A stretch of 64,000 bases of DNA from the human T2T-CHM13v2.0 reference genome, Homo sapiens, in the NCBI RefSeq assembly GCF_009914755.1, contig NC_060937.1; one strand, written 5' to 3'. The notes below the pieces were generated by a model. That model searched no databases. It was given only the letters and a program-made list of their open reading frames with translations, and had not been told where the DNA came from. This document shows, in pieces, positions 14,353 through 29,560 of the stretch. The stretch's first letter is position 1. Every line of letters starts with the position of its first letter. The translations under genes and the position numbers were made by a program.

Positions 14353-14599
14353 CATCATGTAGTTTTGAAATCCAAAGGAAATTTATAAAGAAAAGATAGA
14401 ATGGGGCCAGGGGCTAATAATACCAGGAGGCTGGAATTTCTGTTAGAGAGTAACACATTAGGAAATTCCTGCTAGCAGGAAGCTACACGACATGCTTATA
14501 TGGATGATTATATAGGAAATCAGAGGGCAGAAAAGTTTAAAATGATACTTTAGGTGGGGCCAAAGAGAAGGGAGAATTTGCATGCAATGTGGTTAGAAA

Positions 14600-15370
14600 G
14601 ATTTTGGCCAAGTGAGTGGCAAAAGTAGTGATGTGTTTTAAAAACTATAGCATTCAGGACAATTTGGAAAAAATGTGGAATTATCTACAATGATTTTGCA
14701 ATAAGCATGGCAAGAGAATAATCAGAATGGGAAGGAGGCATTATTTATGAGAGAAGTAGTTGAGGTAGATTCTACACCAATTTGAAAACAATTAGATAAA
14801 GAAATTCAAATTGTGAAAGACCATGCAAAGCAATTTAGCTGGTTTTTCTTAAGGGATAGTTCTTTTGTAGGTATAGCAAAGAAAAAGAACTGATTGTGTT
14901 GGAAAGGAGATTTGGGACATATATAATCGACAACGTTAGTGGAAAATCTGGAGAAAAATATAGAGCAAGCAGATGAAACACATCTTTAGATTTAGCAGTA
15001 AAAATTCAAAACATCAGTTTAATTTGGCTTCCATTAATTTTGTAATATGTATTGGATATATGTAGCTAGATATAGTTATAGACACAGAATTGTCTATAAC
15101 AGTAATAGTTAAAGGCACAGAATTGCATGAAACCAAAGAAAATTATTTGAGATAGAGGGGAAAAAAACGCAGAAGTATGGAACACAGTTTTAGGGAGAGA
15201 GAGATGTAAAGAATAGAAGACAGTGAAGAAAACACAAAAGCACAGTTCAGAACAGAAAAAAAGTCAGATAATTGAAACCAAATAAAGAAAGGAAAAATGA
15301 AATATTTATCAATAGTTGCAAATACTTCAAAGAGTTAAAGGAAAATTAGATAACAGAGTTCAATGAGTTT
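14600..15370 (-). mobile_element. Highly degraded L2 fragment
   Basis: Purine-rich antisense-L2-like sequence (ggagatttgggacat, gtaatagttaaaggcacagaattgcatgaaacc); weak match. Confidence 0.35.
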
Positions 15371-15374
15371 AGTA

Positions 15375-15535
15375 GAACCCAAGATAATCTCTCCATTTAA
15401 AGGTTAGCAAATCTAATTAGTAACCTTATTTCCATGTGCAAAATCTCTTCAAATTAGTACCTAGATTTATGCTTGATTGCAAAACCCAGGTTATGAGAAT
15501 ATTGGAGGGTCTTCCTTGGAATTCTTCCTATTATA
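15375..15535 (-). mobile_element. MLT1 (E/F/G-like) MaLR LTR fragment
   Basis: ataatctctccatttaaagg...taaccttatttccatgtgcaaaatc...ggaattcttcctattata. Confidence 0.5.
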
Positions 15536-16448
15536 CCTGGAAACTTCTTTCAGGTCTACATATCTTTTTCTGCATGTCTTATGTTTCATATTCAGTGTCT
15601 AGTGTTGGATAATCAATTTCTTGTTTTAGATAGTTCATTCTCAGTGTCTAAGTGCATATTTCTCCACAAGGTATTTCTAAGTAATATTTAATACTGAAAT
15701 GCTTAGGAAGGTAGCTTCTTCCAATAAGCTTTGTGTTTTGTGTGAGCCTCACAATGACTCTCACACTATAAGATGTTAAAAGACACAGCCTTGATTTTCT
15801 CTCCAAAACTGTGCATGGTGGGGTGGTGTATCTTTTCTCAGAGAGTTACATATTCTTCCATACTAGCTAAAGAGAGTTGCAGCAGACATACCAATGACTG
15901 AAGTCTGGTCTAAAAACAAAACAAATTCAATAAAACACTCATATTGAACCACCTTGGATACTAACATGCTACATTATACATTTATATTTCCAAATGTTTT
16001 CCTGAAATCTCACTATAGTAGGACAGTGAGTGTTTGTTTAATTGGGTAGATTTCATACTAAAGCAAACTTATTTTAGATTAGGGTCATGAGAGAATGGCA
16101 TTGGGAATACAAGTTAAGGGGGATGCCTTAGTAATGTAAAAATATCCAGATTCTCAGAAAGCTCAGCACCGAGGAAATAGAGTTTACTCATGGAATAAGT
16201 GTAGCAAAGGATACTCTATCCATGGCAAATTACAGCCTCCTCATTGTTCGTAGCTCTTACCTCATATCTAAATTACAGTTGCTCTGTATTGTATTCCTTT
16301 CATCCACATTTTTGTCTCTGCATTTTAATTTTGCTAAAAACCAATTATAAATAACACAAGCAACACATACCAAAGTTGCCATGATATACTTTTTAACTAA
16401 CATACACTTTTACCTTTCACAGTGAGGATAGAAAAGCTAGGATCATAT

Positions 16449-16740
16449 GGCCAGGTGCAGTGGCTCATTCCTGTATTCCCAGCACTTTGGGAGGCTGAGA
16501 TGGGCAGATCATTTGAGGTCAGGAGTTTGAGACCAGCCCGACCAACACGGTGAATCCCTGTCTCTACTAAAAATACACAAATTAGCTGGGTGTGGTGGTG
16601 CATGGCTGTAATCCCAGCTACTTGGGAGGCTGAGGCAAAAATTGCTTGAACCTGGGAGGCAGAGGTTGCAGTGAGCTGAGATTCTGCCACTGCACTCCAG
16701 CCTGGGTGACAGAGGAAGACTCCATCCCCAAAAGAAAAAA
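16449..16740 (+). mobile_element. AluS (Sx/Sz-like)
   Basis: Full dimer; TSD-like aaaagctaggatcata / aaaagttaggattata. Confidence 0.94.
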
Positions 16741-19700
16741 AGTTAGGATTATAGAACATTCTTAATCCACAGTGTATCTCCATAATGGAATTGAGGTCAC
16801 AGACTATGAAAAAAGTAGAAAAATATTGATTAAAAATTCAGATATTTCATCTAAAATCTGTAGGCGGGAACTGAAAAAAGAAATGAAGGTATGCTTACAT
16901 GGGAAGTATTTTAACACAACAGGTAATTTTTGAGTGCTCATTATGTCCAAACACTGATGAGCACTTAGATCAAAGATATTATTCTTGTCAACAAGAAACT
17001 TACTTAGGGTCTAGCTGTTGAAAAGATAACAGGAAATTTAGAGTCTAGCTGTTGAAAAAGGAAAATAAGATAATTCATGAATAATTAATGAGGGGAAAAA
17101 TAAGAAAACTGTCCAATAATAATAAAATTCTTTGGGAATCACAAGGAGGAAAAATGATTCCAGGATAATTGGAAATGATTCTTCTAAAAATATATCTTTG
17201 AAGGCTCATGCTGTATTATCAGCATCCTTTCTAACAGCCTTGCTTCTGCAAGTCATTTTGAAACAATACAAATTAGATAGGTGCAGCTTGCATTAATATC
17301 AAAAGGAATATCACATAAATCCATTCAGGATGAAGAGATTTCCAGAGAAGTAAAAGGAAGTTTTGAAATAGTGCGTAACAAAGACATTTAAATGAAGAAC
17401 CATTTTTATTTCATTTGTCCTGATATAAAGATATTTTTCAATTTAAATTATTGGTCTGTTTTGAGGATTAAAGTATGAAGTGATGTTCAGAGAATATCGT
17501 TAAAATGCATTCTTCTTTGTTGTTAAAATTGTACAGCCTTTAAAATTCAATGTAAATTAGCAAATTTTAAACAGTATTAATTACATATTAAGTAAAATAG
17601 CTATGATATAACTTTGGCATACTACTTCATAAAACTGGATCTCTTGATAATTGATTGATGTAATTTTGTTCTTCATATATTTATGACTTATAGCAAGCCT
17701 ACTTTAAAAGTTATCAGATGCAACTGATTGATGTAATTAGACCATGAAAATGAATGAAATATTCTGACATAATAGGCAGTAACTCATTTAAATGATATGC
17801 CTAATTTGTTAGCTTCCAGAGTCAGATCAATTTTGGATAAGTAATTTATATTACTGAATTATATTCCAATTTATGAGAACAAAAATTAAGCACTATACAG
17901 CCTGTTGAGAGCCTGCCAAAGAATCATGGATTTTAGTACTGAAAAGGTTAAGTGCATAAATGTGAAATGACCTAAACCAATATTCCAAGAATTTTTTAAT
18001 GCAATAACAATAAATTATATATTTCAAAGCAGTGACAATTGCTAATTTATAAACTAGTAAACCTTACTAGCTGGCCTAGGTATTGCCAAGTAGAGCCTTC
18101 TAATGAAGAAAGTCTTTGTAAGCCAATAATATAGTTGGAATTTACTATTAAGAGCGTATTCTAATAGAATTTAAACCAAGAATTTGAAATGTTGTTTTCA
18201 TTGGTAATGGATGGGGTATTGGTGCATAGCTAAAATAGAAACATCTATTAATAACTACTTAAATACTAATTGAGGCCTAATGATGTGTATGTATGATATT
18301 TATACAAAAGTATTTCAAGGGAGAATGATGTCATTTAGTTAAGACACTATCTCAAGATGCACAGAGTGAAGAAAATATTTCTCTCAGTCTTCAAGAGAAA
18401 AGCTTGATTCTAATTGAATATCCAATACCTTCCTTAGTTGGAATAAAAGCATTATGCAGCTTGCAAAACAAACTAGCAATTGCTGATAGCTCCAAACTAG
18501 AGCTCACTAGAGAGTCTGACAGCAAAGCAAGTTATAGCCTCTCTTGAGTCCATTGGCAAGAACTGCTGATCACACATCTTACCTCTCAATCACATGTACA
18601 TAGCAGTGAAGAGCCGACTGTCATCTTTTGTTTGGAACAATGCATATTTTAAATGTGTAAATGTGCTACTGTTTGAGGTGCCTACATTTATAATTTCTGC
18701 ATATACTTCTGTTTATATTTAAAAAAATAATCCTTTTAAGCACAGAAATGTGAAATATTAATAGGCTATTTCTTTCCTTTTTAACAGTACTTTGGCTTTT
18801 GGACAACTTTGTAAAATATTATTTAACAATCTCACATTTTACGTTCCAAAAGAGATAAAAATGCATTTATATTTTAAACACTGATTATTATTTACATATA
18901 GTTTTATAGATATTGTGTATGTTCATTGTACATGTGTAATAGACATTAAGACTGAATGACAAAGCATTTAAATATTGAAATACTTCTTAAAACCTATTAA
19001 CATTTTAGTTAAAAGCTTGTTCTACCATGTGATAATCATGTGCATGTATTTTTGTGGTACCAAGTATGTGTCCATATCCATGTGTAAGATTTTCTCAGAC
19101 TTTCCAGAATCAATTTAATTGAATTATTCGTTTCATATCCCTAGTCTCATTCCTTTTTGGGGACAAGATTTTAATCCTTTATAATATGCATTGCTTTTTC
19201 AAACATCAAACACTTCCACACATGGGCAGAAAATAGCCCACCTTACAACAGAAACATTTGTCTACAACAAAAACATTTGTCTACCCAAGGGCAATATACT
19301 ACTGAATCACTAGGACTAAGTCTGGAATACCTCCTTTCTAAGAAAGTTGCACTTTTGAGCATTTTATTTGGCATATATTTTTTCTGAAACAAGATATTGG
19401 AAATTTCAAAGGACCCACAGCAAATCCACACAAAATGTTTTGAGGTAGGTATGTGAGAATGTCGAACTCCTTTAAAAGTAATTTATTTTGCTTTGTTTTG
19501 TTTTTAGATTGGACAAGTAGGGTAGTAGGGAGGCAGAGTGAGAGTGACGTTTAAAAACAACCAACAAGCAATAGTTGCTGTTTATCCTTAAAGGTATCAT
19601 TAAAATTGTATTTTAGCTGTCAGACTTGGTAATATGGGAAATATTTCTAGAATTTGGTGATCTGCTCCAAGTGCCAAGATGTTTCTTGACTCTAGTTGGT

Positions 19701-20798
19701 CTTTAGAGACATTTTGATTTATCTTTGCCACATTTTTAGAGGGTCTTACAGACAGAATTTGCAAAGTATGAATGGTTCCACACAAGAAGGGACCAAAGGT
19801 ATTTGAATGAAATAAATTGAATAAAATAGGATGTTGGTTTTATAATAGGAGAAGTATATTTCACTGAACAATATCAAAGAAGTTTATGCCAATAGCAAAG
19901 TGAATTTTAAGTTCCTTTGATTTAAATTCATTTATCTGTAAGTCATCATTTAAATACTTGTTAAACGCTTATATTTTCATACCTATAGATGCCTATCCAC
20001 CTCCACTGAAGATGAAATACCTACTACTTCATTTATTTCAAATATTGTCCTAAGCCATTGTAATAGTCTGGTTTATAATTACTAAATTTGATGTCTTAAA
20101 TGGCAAAAGTTGCCATTTCATAGTAAAATTCAAAATGGAAATACATTTATAAAAAACTATAATTATTTATCAGGAGTATCAGCTGCAGTAGCAAGATTAT
20201 ACTGAAAACAATTTCTAATTTTATACAGTAGCAGGTCACCAGATACAGAGCTGCAAAATGTGTATTTATAGATACCATGATCTATCAACCACTGAAATGA
20301 CCTTGAAAACCCAAAACATCAAACCATGCAAGCACTATTGGATTTCTGTCAAGAGCATAAAATATTTAAAGAAAAATAATAGAAGATCATGGGCACTTTC
20401 AGTGTAGTAGGTAAGAACATTTTGGCAGATCTTAGATATATAACACTACAGTTCTATTTGTGTGAGCATAAACTGGTCAAATTGTTCTATAGCAAGTAAC
20501 ATAACCATTTTATAGGACATTTAAATAGGTATATTCAACAAGGACACATTTTCCCCAAGGAAAGTTGTAAGAAAATATTTCAAGGCAAAGAATAAAAGCT
20601 ACTTAGTCTGTCAAACGCATTCTTTTTCCTGTATTTCATGTATTATTGTGCCATGTAATGATAATTTTGGAAATTATCTAAAAAAGTATTTTCTTGGGGA
20701 ACGTTACCTAATCATTTTATAGATGTATTTAGCATCTTTAAAAGAACAGGGTTTATTTATTACAATGATGAATAGGTTTAATTTTAAATAAAATTTAC

Positions 20799-20996
20799 TT
20801 TTTATTGAGATAGGGTCATATTGTGTCACCCAGCCTGGAGTACAGTGGCAGGATCACTGCTCACTGAAGCCTCAAACTCCTGGGCCCCAGTGATCCTCCC
20901 ACCACAGCCTCCTAAGTAGCTGGGACTATAGGTGCACACCACCAGGCCTGGCTAATTTTTGTAATTTTTTTGTAGAGACAGGGTTGCACCAAGGCT
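20799..20996 (-). mobile_element. 5'-truncated AluJ (mostly right arm)
   Basis: gagatagggtc...gcctcaaactcctggg...gtagctgggactataggtg...tgtagagacaggg. Confidence 0.85.
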
Positions 20997-21259
20997 TAGT
21001 TTTTAAAATAATCAACATGTGATTACTGCAAAAAATTAATACTAAATTTTGTAGTGTTGATTTAAATATGTTTATTTAAATATGTATAAATTATATAAAA
21101 GTGAGATTAATAACATTTATTTAATTTGGGAGGAAACTCGTTTATGGATGAGTGCGAATGCACAAAGGTTTTTCTGTTACAAGAGTGTAAATGAGAAACA
21201 TGAGAGAGGGAACAGAGAACCCAAGTTGGTAGAGGCTGAAGGAATTTTTTTAATGATTT

Positions 21260-21443
21260 GTTATTTTATAAAAATTTCTGATGGTGACAGGTCTTTGTGT
21301 ATTTGAACTCTTTTAGCAGATTACCTGTGTTGCACATTACATTCTGGTTTAATGCTTGTTCAACAATAAAATTGTTTTCTTTATTGCCTTTGTGGAGAGA
21401 TTTTCAAGGTTGAGAGATTTGCTTTTCAATTATGTCTCCAGCA
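21260..21443 (+). mobile_element. ERV1-class LTR 3' fragment (MER34-like)
   Basis: ttctggtttaatgcttgttcaacaataaaattgttttcttt...tttgtggagagatttt...ttatgtctccagCA. Confidence 0.45.
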
Positions 21444-22053
21444 AAACACATGAACTCTTTTCCTGGAGACATATTGATTCACTTTTTCCTTGAGAATTGA
21501 ATTATTTTCCTTTTTAAAATAAAAATTTTAAGTTCCACCTTCAGTGATTTTTATTTTGAGCTAAGAGCCTTTTTTTCCCTGAAAATGATGAAGTTAGCTT
21601 TCCTAAAGTAAATTAAATTCATAATGCTTTTCTTTTGAAGAAACTTAAACGCCTTGTTCATGCCTGCAACGCTACACTAGGTTTAAGGAAACTTCTCTAT
21701 CACTAACTCATGTAGATGTTTTAAGTCTAACAGAAACAATAGTGATTTGTATGTCTGTCCATAGATACCACCTCAGGTGAAGGATAGCTTTTTAGGTTTG
21801 TAGGAAGTTGATAATTGACTCAAGAAAAAGCATGCCAGCTGGATGAACTTCAGGATGATTGAGATAATTGAATTAGAGGAAATATTTGAAAATGAACTCT
21901 TGAGTTTGTTGTAAATCCAAAGACCCTTGAAATGGATAATTCATAGTATTTTTACAGCCATTGATGGTTATTGGCAATTCTTTGATTTTGTAGATTCTCT
22001 TTATTTTTTTTTGGATTCTAGTAGGAAAGTGTTTTGAAATTAGGTCATATTTC

Positions 22054-22054
<1 letters not shown>

Positions 22055-22089
<35 letters not shown>
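22055..22089. repeat. (CA)n microsatellite
   Basis: About 17 uninterrupted CA units. Confidence 0.95.
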
Positions 22090-22090
<1 letters not shown>

Positions 22091-22584
22091 CTATATTTGA
22101 TCCTTGAAATATTAGAGAACAAAACATTGGAATGAGGACTGTTTAGATAATAAACATTTTTATTTAAAATTAAATAACCAATTAACCAATTAGTATGTAG
22201 TCAGGTTTAAACATGTGTTAATGGGGGAAATTTTAGAGATTTTATCTTTACAGGAGACAATTAGCTTTGTTTTATTTTACTTTGTTGACTAGAAATTAGT
22301 CAGCTAATTAATTATAAATCCTGTGTGTCAAGAAATGATCTCCAGCTACAGTCTGTAATCATTTACAGAAAAGTAAGTCAAATTATAAGCTTTATTGCTA
22401 AAGATTTACTAATTTAAACTTCATATTTTAAGTTATAATGAATATATTAGAAACAAGGAATTGTAAACGTTGTTTTATTAGTTCCAAAAAAAATTTTTCC
22501 CCAGGGAATTTTAAGTCTAATTGAATTAGAAGTCTTGGGCTGGGTGATTTTAAGGCAGAATTTGAAAGGTAGAGAATGTACTAG

Positions 22585-23216
22585 TGAAGCCACATTGTTG
22601 TCTGGGGTACTACCCAAGGTTCGTTGAGCCACAGTCATGAAAACTGACATGGGCACACCAGAGTAAGGGTAAGAGCGGAAGTTTTGTAGGTGAAAGAAAG
22701 AAGAGCTCTGGAAGCAGAGAGTGGTCCCAGAGAAAATGGGTTGCTGCTTCCATGGTGAAACGCAGAAGGTTTTTTAGGTGAGCTTGAGGGGGCAGTATCT
22801 GATTCACATAGGGCACGAAAGATTGGTTGAAAAATCTGTGCCATTTGCATAGTGCACAAAGAGGCTGGCTGCCCCGCCCCCTAGTCTTTTATTTTGCAGA
22901 TAGGTTCTCCACCTGGCCAACATCATGTTGCCTGCCTCTTTATCGCACACACGGTGACAAAGAAAAGGGAAGATGGAGCCTCCATTTTGAACATACCTGG
23001 CTTCCAGGAAGCCCTTTTCTATTGGCACAGCTGCTAGCACTCACCCATGCAAGTTTCCAGCTTGCTTATCTATGTTTGCAGCTCGATTTTTCAGGCTGCT
23101 CTTTGTTAGAAAAAGAAAATGATTGGGGAGCGGCTTTTTACTAAAAGGGAAGCCTTGCCGAGGACTTATTTACCTTCACTATCTGCCTAAATAATTTCTG
23201 TCTAGCTTCTGAATCA
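22585..23216 (-). mobile_element. ERV1 solo LTR (LTR9-like)
   Basis: TG...CA termini (tgaagccacattgttgtctggggt ... cactatctgcctaaataatttctgtctagcttctgaatca), 632 bp, 4-bp TSD-like ctag/ctaa. Confidence 0.8.
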
Positions 23217-23319
23217 CTAAGATTGAGCAAAACTAAAGATATAATAGCTCTTAATAAAGAAGGAATATAAGATAAGAGTTTTGAAGCAAATCTTGATGAA
23301 GTAGAAGTTTACTAGAATA

Positions 23320-23629
23320 CAGTCCTGTGCCAAATAATGACTTTTCAGTCAGTGATGAACAACACATACAACAGTAGTCTCCTAAAATTACAGTACTGTA
23401 TTTTTACTGGCCTTTTCAATGCTTAGATATGCAAATACTCTCACTGTGTTAACAATTGCTTACAGTATTCAGTACAGTAGCATGCTCTACAGGTTTGGAG
23501 CCTAGGAGCACTAGGTTATACCATCTAGGTTTGTCTAAGTACATTTTGTGATGTTCACACAATGACAGAATTATCTACAAACACATTTCTGAGAACACAT
23601 TTCTTCCATCATTAAGATATGTGTGATTG
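23320..23629 (+). mobile_element. Tigger3a-like DNA transposon fossil (TcMar-Tigger)
   Basis: cagtcctgtgccaaataatgac...cagtattcagtacagtagcatgctctacaggtttggagcctaggagca...gtgtgattg, TA on both sides. Confidence 0.85.
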
Positions 23630-24805
23630 TAGTTCTAATGAAGAAACTGTAGTCTTGGTAAGGAAGTGGTTTTAGATGTTTTCTAGATTATCTTACAGTT
23701 ACAAGTATTTCCTGAAGCAAACAAGTCATTTTTTGCTTGGTTTCACATACATAGGATTTTATGCTTGGTTTCAATTCAAAGAAAATAAGATAATTTAGAA
23801 AAAATGTAAGAAATAAGATGTGAGCATTCATATAATCAATTATACTGAATAGCTTTCCCCTCTGTGAAAGAGAATACCTACCAAGAAAAGCATTTCCAAT
23901 ATTGTAGACTATTGGTCCAAATGTTTCCTTTAATGTAGGTGTTGTAAGTATGTAAACAGGAAACATGAAGAAGAGAATTTCATTTAATTGCAATAGAACT
24001 ACCAGTTATCCAGTAAGAGGGTAATGAAGTAAGAACTTCATTTCAGTTAGACTTTATAAGTTGCAAACAGAGTTCAATGTAATCCTTTTAAACAGAAAAG
24101 GGAATCTTGTATTAGTTTGCCTACAAAATTTCTAGAAAGACAAAATAAACAAGGCTGAATGCTACATTGCTAGCAATGAGGCTGGTGCAACAAGCCCATA
24201 GGGCAAATTTGTATGAATTAGAAAAAGATTTTCTTCTAAACAAACCACTCTTTGAATACATAGCTTGGTAAGGGTATACAGCATGAAAAATACTATTGCC
24301 TGCCAGAAACCTATACAGTAATGCAGCGACGCTGGAACAATATGACCAGGAAACGGTATCCAAATGTAAGTGGGATGGTCCTAATGGAAATACCATTAAA
24401 TCACCTCCTAGGAAATACCATTAAATCACTTAAAAAAAAAAAAAAAAGAGGAAAGTCTCTGCTAGATCTTCCCTAAGAGAACCAAACACTTGTGTTATAT
24501 GTTTTCATATAGAGCTACCATATCACATTACTAACTTCTGCCTTCCCAAGTCTTATAGAGATATAATACATCTGTTTGCCCTAACTGAGGTCATATGGCA
24601 AGTCCTTGCTGTGAAAAAATATAGATGATTTTGTTCCTAGAGTTCAACCACAATAACAGAGGAATGCTAGGGAGAAGGGATTCAGAGAGGGTGCCAAATG
24701 AGCCAATCTGCAGAATCTAGCAGCATTTATCCAAAAACCATCCATTGAGAGCCTGCTATCACTCAAACACTGTACCAAGAACATGCTTGAAAAGCCTGAA
24801 GTCTA

Positions 24806-25168
<363 letters not shown>

Positions 25169-25697
25169 TCACAAAATAATTATCACAATGCTTGGAGAAA
25201 TTTTACATGCATCTACTCTTCTCATGCATAGTTTACTATAGTAATGGTATATATTTTAAGCAAATTATTGGAATATTGCAACTGGCTGATGACTGTATTT
25301 ATAATAGCATTTAATTTTATTTCCCCTTTTTTCAAAAGTTTCTCTATTTGAAGCAATACCTTACGTCTAAAAGACTCTTCCTCCTATGCGTATAAAGAGA
25401 TAATTAGGTACTCTGAAATTTTTTAATGATATTTAGCAATATAGAAATTATAGGACTGATATGAACCATTGCATACAAGAGTGGTATACACAATGCTCTT
25501 CTCAACTTTTCCTTATTCTTACCTTGTACTGCATAACCCCATGGGCACATGCTTAGGCTACTGCTTATTTGCTCTGTAATTTTGCTTATAGTATGTCATA
25601 TAAGTAACCCTTAAAATCCTGGAGGAAAACTTTGAAATACCTTTAAATTAAAATAGAAATTTTGATATTGCTTTAATTTATGTAAGATTTTACTTAT

Positions 25698-26057
25698 TGT
25701 ATTCATTTGTTTTCACACTACTATAAAGAACTACCTGAGACTGGGTAATTTATGAGGAAAAACAGGTTTAATTGACTCACAGTTCTGCATGGCTGGGGAG
25801 ACCTCAGGAAACTTACAATCATGGCAGAAGGCGAAGGGGAAGCAAGGCACATCTTGAGAGAGGCAGAGAGGGAAGTGCCACACTTTTAAACCATCAGATC
25901 TCATGAAAACTCACTATCAAGAGAATGTTATGGTAGAAATCACCCCTATGATCCAATCACCTCCCACCAGGTCCCTCCTGGGATTGCATGGGAATTACAC
26001 ATGGAGATTACAATTCGAGATGAGATTTGGATGGGGACATAGAGCCAAACCATATCA
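25698..26057 (-). mobile_element. MaLR solo LTR (THE1D/MSTA-like)
   Basis: tgtattc...cctgagactgggtaatttatg...aaaccatcagatctcatga...gccaaaccatatca; TSD cttat/cctat. Confidence 0.9.
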
Positions 26058-26767
26058 CCTATCTTAAAATTTTCATATGAATAATCACAAAAGTACTAAT
26101 AAAAAGTTACGAAATAAGAACTTGGCTTTTTTCCAGTTTTTTTTCTATTTGTAACCAAAATCTTGTTTGAAAGATGTGTATCAGAAATTTGTCATCAATA
26201 AAGGACATTTGAAAATTAATATTTTAGTTTTTAAGGTTGTCCATTTCTATAACATTAATATTGTCTGCGTGTAGAAATCAGAATATAAGTTAAATAACCC
26301 TCACCCTAAATTAAAAATTCTAAAATGTCATATATTCTTTTTATACATTTTATAGAAATACACTTTAAAGGTATAACTTCAAGTAATTTATGTTTTAATT
26401 TTTAAAAATTTGCGTGCTGTTTTTTATGTTCTCATTCAGTCCTTAAATGTGTACAAACTATACAGGGCTAAGAAAAACATTTAATATTTTCACAAAGCTT
26501 TTATAGAAAAATATTGATCCCAGATACATCAATCATTGGGTGTCAAATTGTCCAGTATTTTCAGTTTCTTCATGCTACTGTTGTATTTTTGCTTCTTTGA
26601 CATCTAGCTCAAAGTAATATATGTTCCATTTTGAAATAATTATTAAAATGTGTCCTAGAAGGCCTTTGTAAAACACATTCTTTTTAAATATGATTCCAGC
26701 TATCAAGCGCCATAATTATGTGAACGTGTTCCGAACAAACTAAAGAATAACATAAAAATATGATTAT

Positions 26768-27056
<289 letters not shown>

Positions 27057-27845
27057 TTTTGAAAACTATGATTCTTTCTGACTACCCTAATAACATTTTT
27101 ATGATTTTTAAAAATGCATAGCCGTGTAGATTTTCTTTAAATATATATGTAGACAAAGTCAATTTTTGTTTTCATTTTTACTGTTAGTAAACTCTTTATG
27201 TATGGGTTTTCTTCTTGTGAGATGGGGAATCTAAATTTTCTGTCATTAACATCCAGGGAATACAAAAATTTACAATCTATACTAAGGGTTATCATTACAG
27301 CCGAAAGATTAGGCAGATAGCCTTACAAAAGACTATTCTTAAGGAAAGTTCAGTAAGTAATAGGAATTAATAAAGTGAGGCAAAATCTTGATTGATTTGA
27401 AGACTATTGTTCAGGGGCATCACTAGTGAGCCTACCACAAAATTGTTTGAAGGGTTACCGGGGATTAACCAAAAGTGGCTTTATTAAATTTGCTTAGCAT
27501 CACTCACTGACACATCTGTATAGATCCTTCAAGTTCATCCTAGTCTACAGCAATTAGTACCCTTCAAATGATCTGTTTATCACTAACTTTATTAGTTTTA
27601 GTAATTTTTAAATTAGTAAGTAGGCTATATTTCAAATTTACAAAATCTAGATATGTTGGAATATATAGAAATCACTGCTCACTCAGTTTTAAAAATTTAT
27701 ATTTTGTTGTTTCTCATTTTGCTGCAGATTCCTCACTAGTCAAATATTTACTTTCTTTTTTTCAGTGACTTAGAGATATTATATATCTACATTCATAATA
27801 AACACTTTTAAGAATATTAAAATGGAAAGTAGATACTAACTTTGA

Positions 27846-28214
<369 letters not shown>

Positions 28215-28723
28215 TAAAGTTACTTTCTTACTTTCTATTTAAACTTGTGCATGTCCCGAAGGACTTTGCTTTGTGAGAGCTATTATATATTGAAAGACAT
28301 TTGTTTAATCCCTCAGAAAAATATTGGATTAAAAGAAAATCTCATAAGATGTGGCTAATGTATTAAAATAAAGTGATTTAAACGTTCTTAAAAAGCAGAA
28401 AGAAATTTAAAAAGAGATCCATGGAAAAGAGAGCAACAAAAAACACTTAGAAATGTAACAGGACAGAAAATAAAGCATATAGATATAATAGTTTAGTCTG
28501 GCATTAATCGTGTTTTTACTCCTCTCAATCTAAAACTGTTATTAGAAAACTAATGGTTTTACGTAATGGGTATGTAGACATAATATTTTTTACATTGCTG
28601 AGTTCATTCTGTAGCTACTATTCTATACTCTAATTTTTCTTTTCTATTTCCTTGCCACTAAATATTTTGATAAACACTACTTTCAGTAATAGATACCACA
28701 TGTGTCTCATAACATCATTATTA

Positions 28724-28900
28724 TTTTGCCCCTTAAGTCTTAAACTTGGAGCTGAAGAAGCTGAAGATGCCAAAAAGAACAGAAAAATTCCCTGATGACA
28801 AGAGATGTTCTCTCTAGCCCAAAGGATGAGGAAAGAGACAGACTATCAAGACAGGAAATTTAAGTAGTAACTGCAGTGATTCAGCTAAACATCACAGAGA
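28724..28900 (+). repeat. Diverged direct copy of 30392-30558 (ancient L1 5' region)
   Basis: Shared blocks tcttaaacttggag, aaaaattccc, agatgttctct, tagcccaaag, ctatcaagaca, tagtaactg, cagctaaac. Confidence 0.85.
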
Positions 28901-29560
28901 AAAAATGTAAAGATTTTATTAGACAGTAGTCTATTTCAACTGATGTATCATGGAAAATGCTAAAGCATATATGCATTTTTTCGCTGATGTTATATTCATT
29001 CTGATAATTGACTTGTTATCAATGGATATATTGAGTTAATGTATAAACAGTTCTTAAGAGTCTTGACTTATATTGCCAAAATGCTGTAAAACAAAGTTTT
29101 CATTCCAATTTGCAATACATGAGTATGTTATTAGATGACAACCTCATCAGCATCATCTACAAATTTTTATCAAACATCTGGTGAACAATTATTGTTGACT
29201 TTGGTTGCTAATATGATTGAACCGTCTCTGCTTTTATTCATCATTTGCCTTCAGTCTATTATCTCTTAATTTTCTTGATTTAAAAAAAAATTAGTTTGTT
29301 AGTGTTACTCTCATTGCTTTGAGTCATAACTATCACTTATGTACAAATATGTTCCCATCTTTATTTTCCATTTACTTGTTATTTATTGCTTATTATACAT
29401 AACGGCTTTTTACAAATTGTTTTTGGTAGCTTACTGAAAATTTTTCATCTCTCCAGCCCCTCAAGAGTATGTTAGCAGCTGACACATATATATGACAACC
29501 TAAAATATCATTAGCCAAATGACACATGTTATAATAAAGTAGAAAAGTAGTTTGGAGGTA

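Noticed and set aside
22447-23144. Cluster of five overlapping ORFs
   Set aside because: They lie largely in a GC-richer solo LTR where stops are rarer; no gag/pol/env motifs.
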